Shown piece by piece: positions 1 through 9,429 of a stretch of 64,000 nucleotides of DNA (positions are counted from its first letter, which is position 1; every line of letters begins with the position of its first letter). The translations under genes were made by a program, and so were the position numbers. The notes under the pieces are model-generated. The model made no database searches, was not told the origin of the DNA, and saw only the letters and a list, made by a program, of their open reading frames with translations. The stretch is from Candidatus Woesebacteria bacterium (GTDB lineage: Bacteria > Patescibacteriota > Microgenomatia > UBA8517): NCBI GenBank assembly GCA_963784785.1, contig CAWASW010000015.1, forward strand, positions 2,149-66,148. The letters run 5' to 3'.

Positions 1-21
1 CTTATGAAGTTGCTCGTTACG

Positions 22-70
22 GGCAGGCATTCCTCCCCAGCCTTAAAAGGCATGGGGATTCCTGCCAAGG
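22..70. mobile_element. IS200/IS605-family terminal hairpin (element continues left of the window)
   Basis: ggcaggcattcctccccagccttaaaaggcatggggattcctgcc is an imperfect palindrome typical of IS200/IS605 (TnpA/TnpB/IscB) ends; its core ccagcct-aaa-aggc resembles the IS200 end at 30079-30096. Confidence 0.6.
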
Positions 71-347
71 AATTGAATAATACGTAAAATATTTTCAGTG
101 TCTCCAGCAAGAACCTTTCTTTTTTTATCCTTCGAACTTTTCATTTCTACATGGGGACAATTTGTCCCTACGTACGAGCCTAAATTCGAATCCCTTTTCC
201 TAAGTTTCTTCAAATAATCTGTTGGATTTTTACTTTCAGACAAAACTTCAATTACATCGACTACAGAAAAATACCATTTTTCTTTTTTTTATCCCAACAT
301 CTACGAATATTTTTACCCTTAAAAATTACTAATTCTGGAGCAGTCAT
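43..347 (-). pseudogene. Bro-N/antirepressor-like protein, frameshifted and 3'-truncated
   Basis: ATG at 347 gives MTAPELVIFKGKNIRRCWDKK; a 1-nt shift in an A8 run (~283-290) leads into KWYFSVVDVIEVLSESKNPTDYLKKL...LRIIQ, which then runs into the IS hairpin. Confidence 0.65.
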
Positions 348-416
348 AAATTAACAATATCCCAAATTATAACCGAAGTCAATAACAATTTTGACAAATC
401 TGTTATACTTATAATA

Positions 417-752
417 ATGAAATTCTCAATCAGGCTTCTCTATCTTTATCTCTTTTCTTTTATTGGACTTATTATATCAGTAATCGGAACGATACAACTT
501 GTTGATTTAGGAATGAAAGTGTATGTTTTTAAAGACGCGGATAAATATGATTATCCAATTGCAACCAAAATAGATCCAACAGGTAAGGAAGTTTCCCTTA
601 CGGATAAGGAAAAAGAAGAACAAAAAATGCAACAAGATAAAGAGACTACAAGAAACAGACAAAGGCAGGCATCAACCGCAATCGCCATGCTTTTAGTAGG
701 AATTCCTCTCTACAAATATCACTGGTCAACGATAAAAAAAGAGAATTCTTAA
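417..752 (+). CDS. Small two-TM membrane protein of unknown function
   Basis: 111-aa ORF; two hydrophobic helices flank a charged loop. Confidence 0.75.
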   Translation: MKFSIRLLYLYLFSFIGLIISVIGTIQLVDLGMKVYVFKDADKYDYPIATKIDPTGKEVSLTDKEKEEQKMQQDKETTRNRQRQASTAIAMLLVGIPLYKYHWSTIKKENS

Positions 753-802
753 GCTTTAGCAAGAGCCTCAATGTCAAGTATCCCTTTCGTTGCACAATGT
801 TT

Positions 803-1570
803 CTAAACGGTGGAATTTAAAAACATGTGCTTGAAAGATAAAGGTGGCATTTTTAAGTTTGTGTGAATTCTTTTTGTGTTGTAATAGAAAATTGTTTGGT
901 GGATGGCTTCAACAAATTCTCCAATTGTTTCAAATCTTTCAAACTGTAAACCTAAATCAGTTTTAAAATTGTCATACCAACTTTCTTGATATCCATTTTC
1001 CCAAGGTGAGCCTTTTTTGGACATAGAAATTTTAACTCCTAATTTAGTCATAGCTTCTTGATATTGTTTTGATCTGTATTCTGATCCTTGGTCTGTATGG
1101 ACTATTTGGCTTTTACCTACATTTCTGACTGCATCAAGATAAGCCTCAATAACAAGATCTTCTGTGTGTTTAATGGAGACACTCCAACCAACAATTTCCC
1201 TAGTAAATAAATCTAAAAATGTAGCAAGATATATAAATCTGTTGTTCCACCTCAAATAAGTAAAGTCACCTGCAAAAACAACATTTGGTTTAATTGGACA
1301 AGATCCTTTAATAAGGTTTGGGAAGCCAGAATCTGGATTTCCAAAATCTCTCTTTTTGGACCATCTAGCCTTTCTCTTGAAAGGCTTAATGTTGTTTAAC
1401 TTCATAACCCTTCTGACTCTTTTCTTGCCAAGCTTTAAAGCCATGGCAATTCTTCTGTGGCCATATGCTGGATTACTTTCTAAGACCTTGAGAATTTGAT
1501 CTTTTAAGGCCTCATCTTTTGCAGATTGTTTTTGGTTTTGATAGTAAAGATTTCTCTTTGAAATATGCAA
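803..1570 (-). CDS. IS3 transposase OrfB (rve/DDE integrase domain)
   Basis: YGHRRI, GDFTY, HTDQGSEY, SKKGSPWENGYQES motifs; frame stays open upstream to the slippery site. Confidence 0.95.
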   Translation of the reverse strand: MHISKRNLYYQNQKQSAKDEALKDQILKVLESNPAYGHRRIAMALKLGKKRVRRVMKLNNIKPFKRKARWSKKRDFGNPDSGFPNLIKGSCPIKPNVVFAGDFTYLRWNNRFIYLATFLDLFTREIVGWSVSIKHTEDLVIEAYLDAVRNVGKSQIVHTDQGSEYRSKQYQEAMTKLGVKISMSKKGSPWENGYQESWYDNFKTDLGLQFERFETIGEFVEAIHQTIFYYNTKRIHTNLKMPPLSFKHMFLNSTV

Positions 1571-1617
1571 AACTTTAGATATTAAGGATTTTTTAATTCC
1601 TTTTGTTTTCTCCTCAA

Positions 1618-1878
1618 TTATCTTCCCAACATCTGTCTTTTTTTTGACTTTTCCACTTCAAGAGATAGCACTCCAATTATTTCTTTTAACTGTTTGTTTT
1701 CATTCCTGAGTTTGGCAAATTCTAGCCAACTAACTTTGTTTGTAGTTTTTCCACCAATCCAATTATAAATTGCTTTGTCTGATACACCATACAATTTTGC
1801 CAAACTAGAAACTGGTTCACCAGCTTTAACTTTGGATAAAATTTCTTCTTTAACTTCTGTAGCAACAATCTTTTTCAA
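1618..1878 (-). CDS. IS3 transposase OrfA (HTH)
   Basis: HTH VSSLAKLYGVSDKAIYNW plus leucine-zipper-like tail. Confidence 0.9.
   Translation of the reverse strand: MKKIVATEVKEEILSKVKAGEPVSSLAKLYGVSDKAIYNWIGGKTTNKVSWLEFAKLRNENKQLKEIIGVLSLEVEKSKKRQMLGR
1637..1645 (-). other. Programmed -1 frameshift site (A8G) fusing OrfA to OrfB
   Basis: AAAAAAAAG at end of orfA; the -1 frame reads KKKTDVGKIIEEKTKGIKKSLISKVLHISKR into OrfB. Confidence 0.8.
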
Positions 1879-1943
1879 AATATATTCACCTCCTTAAAAG
1901 TTTCACTAATTTTAACTCAAATCATATAGAAACTTAGTGCATT

Positions 1944-4241
1944 TTAAGGGGTACCTGTCACAACCAATTCAGTAGTAGTATTCATTAAGTTCTCGACATT
2001 TTGATATATTGTAGATATTACAAGCATACGAAGTGCTTTATAATAATTGTCAGAAAATATTTTGTTATCAGAAGCGCCATCAATCGACTTCATGACCATT
2101 GTCAAAATTTGAACGTTATTTAACTGTTTGCTAGATGATGACCCACTTACAAAACCCTTCCAAATATTTTTCACTTCATAGATGTCTTTTTCCAATTTTA
2201 CAGGATCTACATCGGTGGAAGCAATTTTTTTAACCACCTCTGGACTTAATTCTGCATTCATGTCTAAAGTGTCAAAATAAGCCGGGTACTCAATGTTTAC
2301 TCTAGCTGTTACAGTATCTTTTAATAATCCAATATAGAATCCCATGTCTGATTCCTGATGATTTTGCGCAGTAATAAAAACATCTCCCGACTCACCCACC
2401 TTGTCTGACACATATCCAAATAAATGTTTTAATCTAAGAAGACCTTTGTGTGCAAGGCTAGCACCTAACTCAATTATCTCTCTGTGATCATTTAGTAGCG
2501 ATTGTATCCCGCCAAGTGTTGGTAAGCCATATCTAGTGGATGATGCTTCAATTCTTGAGTCATCAAGAGAGTTCTGCACTTCTCGTAATATTTTATCGTC
2601 CTTAAGTAACTCACTAAAATCAGCAGTTTTTCCAGATAATCTTTTCTTTATATAATTAGTTATTACATCAGGTAACGATTTTGTAATAGCCAACCCCATT
2701 CTGTGATATATCTGTTCTTTATATGGTATACAATTCATCATTCTACCGATTCCACTTGTTGCGACAGCCTGTACAATTGTGCTTCTAGACAAAAAAGGGG
2801 TGAGTATTTTAGTTATCTCGTCTGCTTCTCGTTCATTAAAGCCTTTTCCAATGCATTGCAACCTAAGTGCATCCGACTTTGGTTTAATATATCTTTTGTT
2901 ATATTCACCTAAATATTGAACTAATCTGAGGTTGTTAAATTTTTGCATGATCACGAAATCGGAAAGGCCGAGCCTCTCCAAATATGGGTTAGTACTTTCA
3001 GTTATTCTGTGTATGTTGGGATTAATTATGTATGCAGGGAATTCAACTTTCTTTTCCTTGCTATTGAGTGGCATATCATAAAGATGAGCTTTTAGATTTT
3101 TACTTTGTCCCATACCATCTATCATTAAATGGCTGCCCCCTATAGCAAAAACTCGACCTCTGTCTCCCAAATCAATCAATCCAATACCCATAGATCTACC
3201 ATGATTACCTCGATGTTTTGAAAGTAACGAATTAGAATCAGGAAATTTATTAGTAATATAGAGATTAACTAATGGAACATGGCTAGTTATACCGTCCTCT
3301 TTGTATATATCCTCAGATTTATGCCAAGTAAATATACTATTTGGCTCACGCAGGACTTTCTCCAATGCATCGTCTGACATATTTAACAATATAGATGGAG
3401 GCAGATCTGAATAAACTTCACCATTTGATGAAAACACTCTATACGTAACTGCATCTATACCATCTTTATTTAAATCAATATCACGAAGAACAAAACATTT
3501 TTCACTATCTTGAACTAATCGCTGATTATTAAAATCAAAACTGTCATCCTTTATTGATTTCGCTGGCAATGTCTGTAAATTATTCAGGTTGTCAGAATTT
3601 AGGACCTTTGACCATCCATTATTCTCTACTTCATCAATTATTTGCCTCGCTTTATCCCTATTTTCTGAATCATACAGAACCTGATTCTGCAAAAAATTTA
3701 ATAGTGAACGAGCCACCGAATCCCTCATTATTTTGCCATTACTTCCTGATCTATTGGATATGTCTTCCCAGTCTTCATAATAACCTCCGTCTTGAACTAT
3801 TGTCTCCCTACCTCTTTCGCCTACTGGTGCTTTATCCGCTTCAAGTATCAAAGTCTTCTCAAACATACGTGCAGGAGAATGTTCGTCTTTAATATCCTTT
3901 GCAATTTGAGCTACAACTAAGCCGACAGTTCTTTCCCTTGGTCCGTCATTTAAATCGGAAAAATGAACATATCTTCTAAAGATATCTTTAGCCACTATCT
4001 CGACAGCAGAAGGTCCATATCTCGTTTTAGCCGGATCAGATAATTCGGGGTCATTTTGGTCAGGACGAAGTTTGATAACAACATTTAACATATAATTAGC
4101 CTCTGGCATAGCTGTGATATCAAGAGCAGAAGAACTAACTTTTTCAAAAAGTTGTAAAGAAGGATAGTGTCGAGGTGGATGATATTCAGGATATCTTACT
4201 TTTAGAGGTAATATATTTAACTCAACACCTTTGTCAGGCAT
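1944..4241 (-). CDS. Large hypothetical protein (765 aa); last codons supplied by the IS3 end
   Basis: Long ORF; contains SHLMIDG (HxxxDG-like); stop lies inside the IS3 TIR. Confidence 0.75.
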   Translation of the reverse strand: MPDKGVELNILPLKVRYPEYHPPRHYPSLQLFEKVSSSALDITAMPEANYMLNVVIKLRPDQNDPELSDPAKTRYGPSAVEIVAKDIFRRYVHFSDLNDGPRERTVGLVVAQIAKDIKDEHSPARMFEKTLILEADKAPVGERGRETIVQDGGYYEDWEDISNRSGSNGKIMRDSVARSLLNFLQNQVLYDSENRDKARQIIDEVENNGWSKVLNSDNLNNLQTLPAKSIKDDSFDFNNQRLVQDSEKCFVLRDIDLNKDGIDAVTYRVFSSNGEVYSDLPPSILLNMSDDALEKVLREPNSIFTWHKSEDIYKEDGITSHVPLVNLYITNKFPDSNSLLSKHRGNHGRSMGIGLIDLGDRGRVFAIGGSHLMIDGMGQSKNLKAHLYDMPLNSKEKKVEFPAYIINPNIHRITESTNPYLERLGLSDFVIMQKFNNLRLVQYLGEYNKRYIKPKSDALRLQCIGKGFNEREADEITKILTPFLSRSTIVQAVATSGIGRMMNCIPYKEQIYHRMGLAITKSLPDVITNYIKKRLSGKTADFSELLKDDKILREVQNSLDDSRIEASSTRYGLPTLGGIQSLLNDHREIIELGASLAHKGLLRLKHLFGYVSDKVGESGDVFITAQNHQESDMGFYIGLLKDTVTARVNIEYPAYFDTLDMNAELSPEVVKKIASTDVDPVKLEKDIYEVKNIWKGFVSGSSSSKQLNNVQILTMVMKSIDGASDNKIFSDNYYKALRMLVISTIYQNVENLMNTTTELVVTGTP

Positions 4242-4249
4242 TATAAATT

Positions 4250-4675
4250 TTATCTGGAGACTTGTACACTAACTGAGTTTTCTGCATTAGCCGCATTAAC
4301 TGTTACTAAGCTATTTGCATCAAGCGCTACTGTGTATCCCGAATTAGATGCCGTTCCTCCTTGAGGATCAAGTGGCATAGATTTCAAATATTTTGCAAGT
4401 GGAACTGATAAATTGTCGCAAGATCCACAGCTCCCAAGTTCTGTTGCTGCTTGTCCTGCTGTAAGTCCTGCTGGAAGTACTCCTTTATTATCAACTACAT
4501 ATTCATGAATAGCTGTTAGAATATTATTAACGTCTGAGAATCTTCTAGAATTTCTTGCATCAGCAAATCTAGTTACTGGATCCAATGCCACAAAAACAAC
4601 TGTTGTCAAAATTGCGATAATTGCGATAACTACAAGTAGCTCGATTAAAGTAAAGCCTTTTTTAATGTTTTTCAT
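4250..4675 (-). CDS. Type IV pilin
   Basis: Prepilin motif KKG|FTLIELLVVIAIIAIL; start refined to MKNIKK. Confidence 0.92.
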   Translation of the reverse strand: MKNIKKGFTLIELLVVIAIIAILTTVVFVALDPVTRFADARNSRRFSDVNNILTAIHEYVVDNKGVLPAGLTAGQAATELGSCGSCDNLSVPLAKYLKSMPLDPQGGTASNSGYTVALDANSLVTVNAANAENSVSVQVSR

Positions 4676-4676
4676 A

Positions 4677-5135
4677 TTATCTAGATACTGTAATAGTCTG
4701 TGCATTCTCTGCCGCACATGCCTTGACTGTTACTATATTATTAGCATCGGCAACTACTGAGAATTTAGTTGTTGATACAGATCCAGCGTCAGGATCAAGT
4801 GGCATAGACTTTAAATATTTTGCAAGTGTTGTAGACAAATCAAGACATGCAGCTGCAGCGCCGGTACAGGCACTTGCTCCTCCAGACGCGCAATTACCTA
4901 GTTGTTTTTCTGTAGTAGTAATACCAGATGGTATAGTACCGTTATTATCAACTGTGTATTCGCTAACGGCAGTTAAAATATTATTTACATCACTCCATCT
5001 TCTAGAATTTCTTGCATCTGCAAATCTCTGTACTGGATCAAGTGCCACAAAAACAACTGTTGCCAAAATTGCGATGATTGCGATAACTACAAGAAGCTCG
5101 ATCAAAGTGAAGCCTTTTTTTATTTGCTTTTGCAT
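4677..5135 (-). CDS. Type IV pilin (close paralog of 4250-4675)
   Basis: KKG|FTLIELLVVIAIIAIL; start refined to MQKQ. Confidence 0.92.
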   Translation of the reverse strand: MQKQIKKGFTLIELLVVIAIIAILATVVFVALDPVQRFADARNSRRWSDVNNILTAVSEYTVDNNGTIPSGITTTEKQLGNCASGGASACTGAAAACLDLSTTLAKYLKSMPLDPDAGSVSTTKFSVVADANNIVTVKACAAENAQTITVSR

Positions 5136-5140
5136 ATATA

Positions 5141-5818
5141 TTAATATAACCATCCACGAAAAATCATGTCAAGTAGCAATAACATTGTTAAGCTTGAAAT
5201 AGAAACTACACTCCAGCTAAACATCAGAACTATATTAAATACTGCTCTTTTTTTAGAAATTTTTATGTTTAAAGAATTACTATCCTTTCCACTAATATCA
5301 TTTTTTAATGATATTCCAATAATTGGGTTTTCATTTCTTGTTATAGAAATTTCTTCTGGTTCAATAGCGATTATTTCCAATGGTAAACTTTGGAGGATTT
5401 CATTTAGTTCTTTAAACCTATCCTTAACAAATGCGAATGCCAACACGTTTTTCTCCTCCTTGCCTTGCACTGTTTCCTTATAATCCCAATCTTTATCTTC
5501 TAACTGCTCTGGAATAATTTCTGAAATCTTACGATAAATGTATTGCCTTTCCTCGCTACCTTGAATATGGGCAGGTATCGTAAAGTTCACAACATACGCA
5601 AATTCATTTCCTAATAATAGATATGCAGATTTTATTTTACTTTTTTCAATAAGTGCAGATATTGATTCAGATTTTAATCGATGAATGATTTTAGGCTTCT
5701 TTGACATGACAACAGTCGACAATTCAAATGAATTATTTTTTACATAAAGTACATTTACTTTTTTACTAAAAAAACTAAAGTTACCTTGAGACTTGGATTG
5801 TGGCATTATTTTCTGCAT
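5141..5818 (-). CDS. Possible PilM-like pilus-associated protein (start uncertain)
   Basis: In pilin operon; IPEQLEDKDWDY and LEIIAIEPEEIS resemble PilM segments; C-terminal TM. Confidence 0.45.
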   Translation of the reverse strand: MQKIMPQSKSQGNFSFFSKKVNVLYVKNNSFELSTVVMSKKPKIIHRLKSESISALIEKSKIKSAYLLLGNEFAYVVNFTIPAHIQGSEERQYIYRKISEIIPEQLEDKDWDYKETVQGKEEKNVLAFAFVKDRFKELNEILQSLPLEIIAIEPEEISITRNENPIIGISLKNDISGKDSNSLNIKISKKRAVFNIVLMFSWSVVSISSLTMLLLLDMIFRGWLY

Positions 5819-6245
5819 TGCACGCTGTAATTAATATTACATTATTACTGTTCTTACTAACAGTGTAATATGTTTTTTCTGTACTACCTGCCTTTGGATC
5901 AAGCGGTATAGAATCAAGATATGGTTTCATCTGTCCAGATATATCCAGACATGATGCCTCTGCATTTATACATACAGTATTACATCCACTAGATAAAGTA
6001 CCTAACTGTCTTACTTTTTCGTCGATTCCAGCTGGAAAAGATTTGTTTTTAATTATAAATCTATACATTGCAGTTGATATATTATTGACGTCACTCCACC
6101 TTCTAGCGTTTCTTCCTTCGGCGAATTGAGTTATTGGATCTAGAGACACAAAAACAATTGTTGCTAATATTGCAATAATTGTTAAGACAATTAACATCTC
6201 TAGTAATGTAAACCCCGATTTGTGATTATTTAATTCATAATTCAT
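5781..6245 (-). CDS. Type IV pilin
   Basis: SG|FTLLEMLIVLTIIAIL; same ...VSR C-terminus as the neighbouring pilins; start lies inside a heptamer repeat. Confidence 0.9.
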   Translation of the reverse strand: MNYELNNHKSGFTLLEMLIVLTIIAILATIVFVSLDPITQFAEGRNARRWSDVNNISTAMYRFIIKNKSFPAGIDEKVRQLGTLSSGCNTVCINAEASCLDISGQMKPYLDSIPLDPKAGSTEKTYYTVSKNSNNVILITACNAENNATIQVSR

Positions 6246-6262
6246 AATTCGTAATTCATATT
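6233..6262 (-). repeat. 7-nt tandem repeat (ATGAATT-type) over a pilin start
   Basis: Minus strand atgaatt acgaatt atgaatt atgaatt. Confidence 0.85.
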
Positions 6263-6267
6263 TGCAT

Positions 6268-6642
6268 TTATATTTCAATCCAACTTGTAACTTGCACTGT
6301 GGTGCTACGTACTGCACTTATCTGCACACTTTTACTATAATTAAGAATAGTAGCACTGACGGTAAAAGTCCAGTTATTTCCAACGTTAGTGATTCCAGTG
6401 ACACTGCAGGTCCCCTCAGGGATAGTAAAACTAGCAGAAATTGCATTATTATTATTTAACCTCAAAAGTGCATCCTCAGCACAGCCTTCAACAAGAGCTA
6501 ATGTCTGCTCTCCTTTTTCACTTGATAACGAAGATTGAATATCATTAATCGAAAGCAAAGAGACAGAAGTTCCCACAATTAAGACCACTGCAAGTATTAC
6601 CAAAACTGATGTTATAGCAATATATCCACGATTATTTTTCAT
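6268..6642 (-). CDS. Minor pilin, PilX/GspK-like (no Glu5)
   Basis: RG|YIAITSVLVILAVVL and ALVEGCAEDALLRL. Confidence 0.8.
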   Translation of the reverse strand: MKNNRGYIAITSVLVILAVVLIVGTSVSLLSINDIQSSLSSEKGEQTLALVEGCAEDALLRLNNNNAISASFTIPEGTCSVTGITNVGNNWTFTVSATILNYSKSVQISAVRSTTVQVTSWIEI

Positions 6643-7151
6643 TTTGATCTTACCTCCGCACTTCCAGCAAAAGTTCCAGTTTTTTGCCATTCTTGTCTTG
6701 TACCATCCACGCTTAATGTAAATCCAAATTCGATATTATTAGAAAGAATTCCACTCGATCTATTTGTGAATGTTAGTGCAGATGCTATTACCTTATTGCT
6801 AGTTAGTGAAACATCATTTGTCATTGCCGTACAATTTACAGATCCCCCACCCCACGCCATTTTAATTACTCCGCCAGATAAATATATTCTAGTAGGATTT
6901 CTGGCAGGAGTACTTGATGCTAAACATAAATCTCCGACAGCAACGGAGTTTATTGCAGAGGCATTTCTAATTTCGTACATAATCTTTTTAGAAACAAAAC
7001 GTTGATCTTCATTTATCAACAGCTGGACATTAGCTTTAACGCTACCATAAATGATATCCCATGCAAAAAGTACTGCACCACTAATAAAAATGGCAACCAA
7101 TCCCATATATAGAATTAGCTCGATTAGGGTAAATGCTTTATAAATTTTCAT
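6639..7151 (-). CDS. Minor pilin (PilW-like)
   Basis: KA|FTLIELILYMGL. Confidence 0.85.
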   Translation of the reverse strand: MKIYKAFTLIELILYMGLVAIFISGAVLFAWDIIYGSVKANVQLLINEDQRFVSKKIMYEIRNASAINSVAVGDLCLASSTPARNPTRIYLSGGVIKMAWGGGSVNCTAMTNDVSLTSNKVIASALTFTNRSSGILSNNIEFGFTLSVDGTRQEWQKTGTFAGSAEVRSK

Positions 7152-8956
7152 ATTCTTCTAAATGCAAAACTATATGGACTATTAATGGCCTGTGGTAAAG
7201 TCAGTTGCAACACCGCACCATCTGTATTGGTCCAGGTAAATGCAGGAGCTGTTGTCATAACTAAACGTTTAGCAAACAAATCACTAGAGCTGTCTGAGGT
7301 CATCGATAGTAACTGATCCTTACTTAGCGGATCCATTTGTAAATCAATATATCTCGGACCGTTTGGAGCAGGTGCTTGAGCAGCATCAGTTTGTTTAACA
7401 AAGGATCCATTGTTTCCCACGTACCAATCTATCAGATTTGAACCTCGGTCAGCATATCGCACTATCGACCTAGTGGTAGCCCCAGATATTAACCATGCAG
7501 TTGAGACTATTTTTGATCCTGCGATAGGAGTAGCACATGAATTATCGGGGTCATTAGTATTTGTCCAGGCAGTTCCACTCCAATAACCCACCTGTAAATC
7601 ACTTCCACCGTTACCAATTGAGGCAAAAACTATTTGATCTGTATCTGGATTTGCTGAAATATCCAAATTTGTCGCATCATTAGCCCATGTAGGTGGATTT
7701 GTAACAACAGCATTCCATGTACATCCAGTTACACCAGTTGCAGTACAGGTTCTATATCTAACCCCATTTACAGTTGCACTTCCAGCTGAATTTGACCAGA
7801 TGACCATCACATCCCCCGATGAAGATTCATATTCAACATCAAAATCTTCGATATCTTGAGCTACTGCAATTATCTCCAACGACGCCTCAGTAACTGCTGT
7901 TGGTTCATTACCCCAACCAGTTCCGTTCCATACCATAGCAGATAGATCAGATGCGGAATCTGCCCAGATAGCAGTAATTAAATTTGAATTTGAACGTCTA
8001 TCCCAAGCCATCTTGACCCACTGAACAGTTCCAGTAGTTCTAACAGGATCAAGATTAGTTGCCGCACCCCAATTTGCAGTTCCACAAGCGGAGCCACCTG
8101 ATTTTGTACGATACGCCATTTCATTTGTGGTTCCAACATTTGTGCCGTACAAAACTATTGCATCACCTGAATTAGTTTCATACGAAATATCAAATCTTCT
8201 TGTTGTTCCTGCACCACCAACGGTAGTAGTCCACTCATTTACCCAAGTAGATCCATCAAAACACATGACTTGTAGCACACCTCCATTTGTAACGTAACCG
8301 GCTATCGCCTCAGTTTTTGTTGGTGAACTTCTAATTGTAAATGTTTGACCAGAAGCTCCTAAAATTGTTGGCGACTCTACTGAAAAAGCATTAGTAGAAG
8401 TATCAAAAGATCTGTACTTTGGTGTAGTCGTGGTATCACCATAAATTAGAAACCCTCCAGCTGCAAGGATTGATTTTCTAAAGTTAGTCAAATAAGTAGT
8501 TAGTGTTACAGCGTTACTACGAAGTGGTGAAAATAACCAACTGACAACTGAGGTCACCTTTTTAATATCAGAATCTAATGTTCCTCCTGAGGCAACAATA
8601 TTTCCAGAGACATCTCGATTGACGTCCGATACTGTAACTACTCGGGTATATTTACCCAGAGTATTGTTTAGCCCGCTCCAGGCCCAACTAACACCATTTA
8701 GCCCAAGACCACATCCTCCCGTACATGTTGTGGCTATAAAGGGGCTGGTCCAACCTTGGTTTTTAATAGATTTTACTGCATCAATTCCTGCTTGAGCAAA
8801 AAGATTGGCTGTTGTTTCTTCTTCACCCAACCTGTTAGTAGAAAAACTTCCGGTTACTGTCGTAACTCCTGCAACAGCGATAATAACAAACAAAGACATT
8901 GCAACAATTATTTCGACTATTCCAAAACCGTCATCCTTTCTTAATTCATAATTCAT
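7148..8956 (-). CDS. Large minor pilin with ~440-aa beta-rich C-terminal extension (putative adhesin)
   Basis: DG|FGIVEIIVAMSLF; recurring W-x-G-x-x-W motifs in the extension. Confidence 0.85.
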   Translation of the reverse strand: MNYELRKDDGFGIVEIIVAMSLFVIIAVAGVTTVTGSFSTNRLGEEETTANLFAQAGIDAVKSIKNQGWTSPFIATTCTGGCGLGLNGVSWAWSGLNNTLGKYTRVVTVSDVNRDVSGNIVASGGTLDSDIKKVTSVVSWLFSPLRSNAVTLTTYLTNFRKSILAAGGFLIYGDTTTTPKYRSFDTSTNAFSVESPTILGASGQTFTIRSSPTKTEAIAGYVTNGGVLQVMCFDGSTWVNEWTTTVGGAGTTRRFDISYETNSGDAIVLYGTNVGTTNEMAYRTKSGGSACGTANWGAATNLDPVRTTGTVQWVKMAWDRRSNSNLITAIWADSASDLSAMVWNGTGWGNEPTAVTEASLEIIAVAQDIEDFDVEYESSSGDVMVIWSNSAGSATVNGVRYRTCTATGVTGCTWNAVVTNPPTWANDATNLDISANPDTDQIVFASIGNGGSDLQVGYWSGTAWTNTNDPDNSCATPIAGSKIVSTAWLISGATTRSIVRYADRGSNLIDWYVGNNGSFVKQTDAAQAPAPNGPRYIDLQMDPLSKDQLLSMTSDSSSDLFAKRLVMTTAPAFTWTNTDGAVLQLTLPQAINSPYSFAFRRI

Positions 8957-8968
8957 AATTCTTAATTT
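8941..8968 (-). repeat. 7-nt tandem repeat over a pilin start
   Basis: Minus strand aattaag aattatg aattatg aattaag. Confidence 0.8.
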
Positions 8969-9429
8969 GTGTTTATCCCTCCTCCAACATTTACAGTTAC
9001 TGTTGCAGTTTCTTGATTTGTGTTTATGGTTACAAACATTGCGCTTGACGGTTCTCCGCGTAAATTAAAGGTGGTATCGTTTAGGTTTGTGACAGTCACA
9101 CTACTAGGAATTGTAAAATCTTCTTTAATAGTTGGACTAGCACATGACCCTGAATAAAGCCTAATATTTGTACCATTCTTGCATATTCCCCATATAGCAT
9201 TATTTTTCTTATTCATAGCGTTTCCTTGTGATTTTCTAATGGAAGAAACTACTTTATCTATTGTCGTATCAAAGTTAGTTTGAAGTACAAAATTTGCCAA
9301 AAATGGAGAGGTTGCAGCACCAAGAATTGCAATTATAGAAATTACTAAAAGTAACTCGATTAATGTAACACCAGATGAATTATGAGGTATGAAGTATGAA
9401 TTATGAAAAAATTTACTATATACTTTCAT
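8962..9429 (-). CDS. Minor pilin (FimT/GspH-like)
   Basis: SG|VTLIELLLVISIIAIL; leader contains heptamer tract FHNSYFIPHNS. Confidence 0.85.
   Translation of the reverse strand: MKVYSKFFHNSYFIPHNSSGVTLIELLLVISIIAILGAATSPFLANFVLQTNFDTTIDKVVSSIRKSQGNAMNKKNNAIWGICKNGTNIRLYSGSCASPTIKEDFTIPSSVTVTNLNDTTFNLRGEPSSAMFVTINTNQETATVTVNVGGGINTN
9374..9410. repeat. 7-nt array, reverse-complementary to 9556-9597
   Basis: atgaatt atgaggt atgaagt atgaatt atgaaaa. Confidence 0.85.

Larger units (their letters stand above)
772..1960 (-). mobile_element. Complete IS3-family insertion sequence (1189 bp)
   Basis: 34-bp imperfect TIRs (tgtcaagtatccctttcgttgcacaatgtttcta vs revcomp tgacaggtaccccttaaaatgcactaagtttcta), TG..CA ends, 3-bp TSD CAA at 769-771 and 1961-1963, orfA/orfB. 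Confidence 0.93.
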
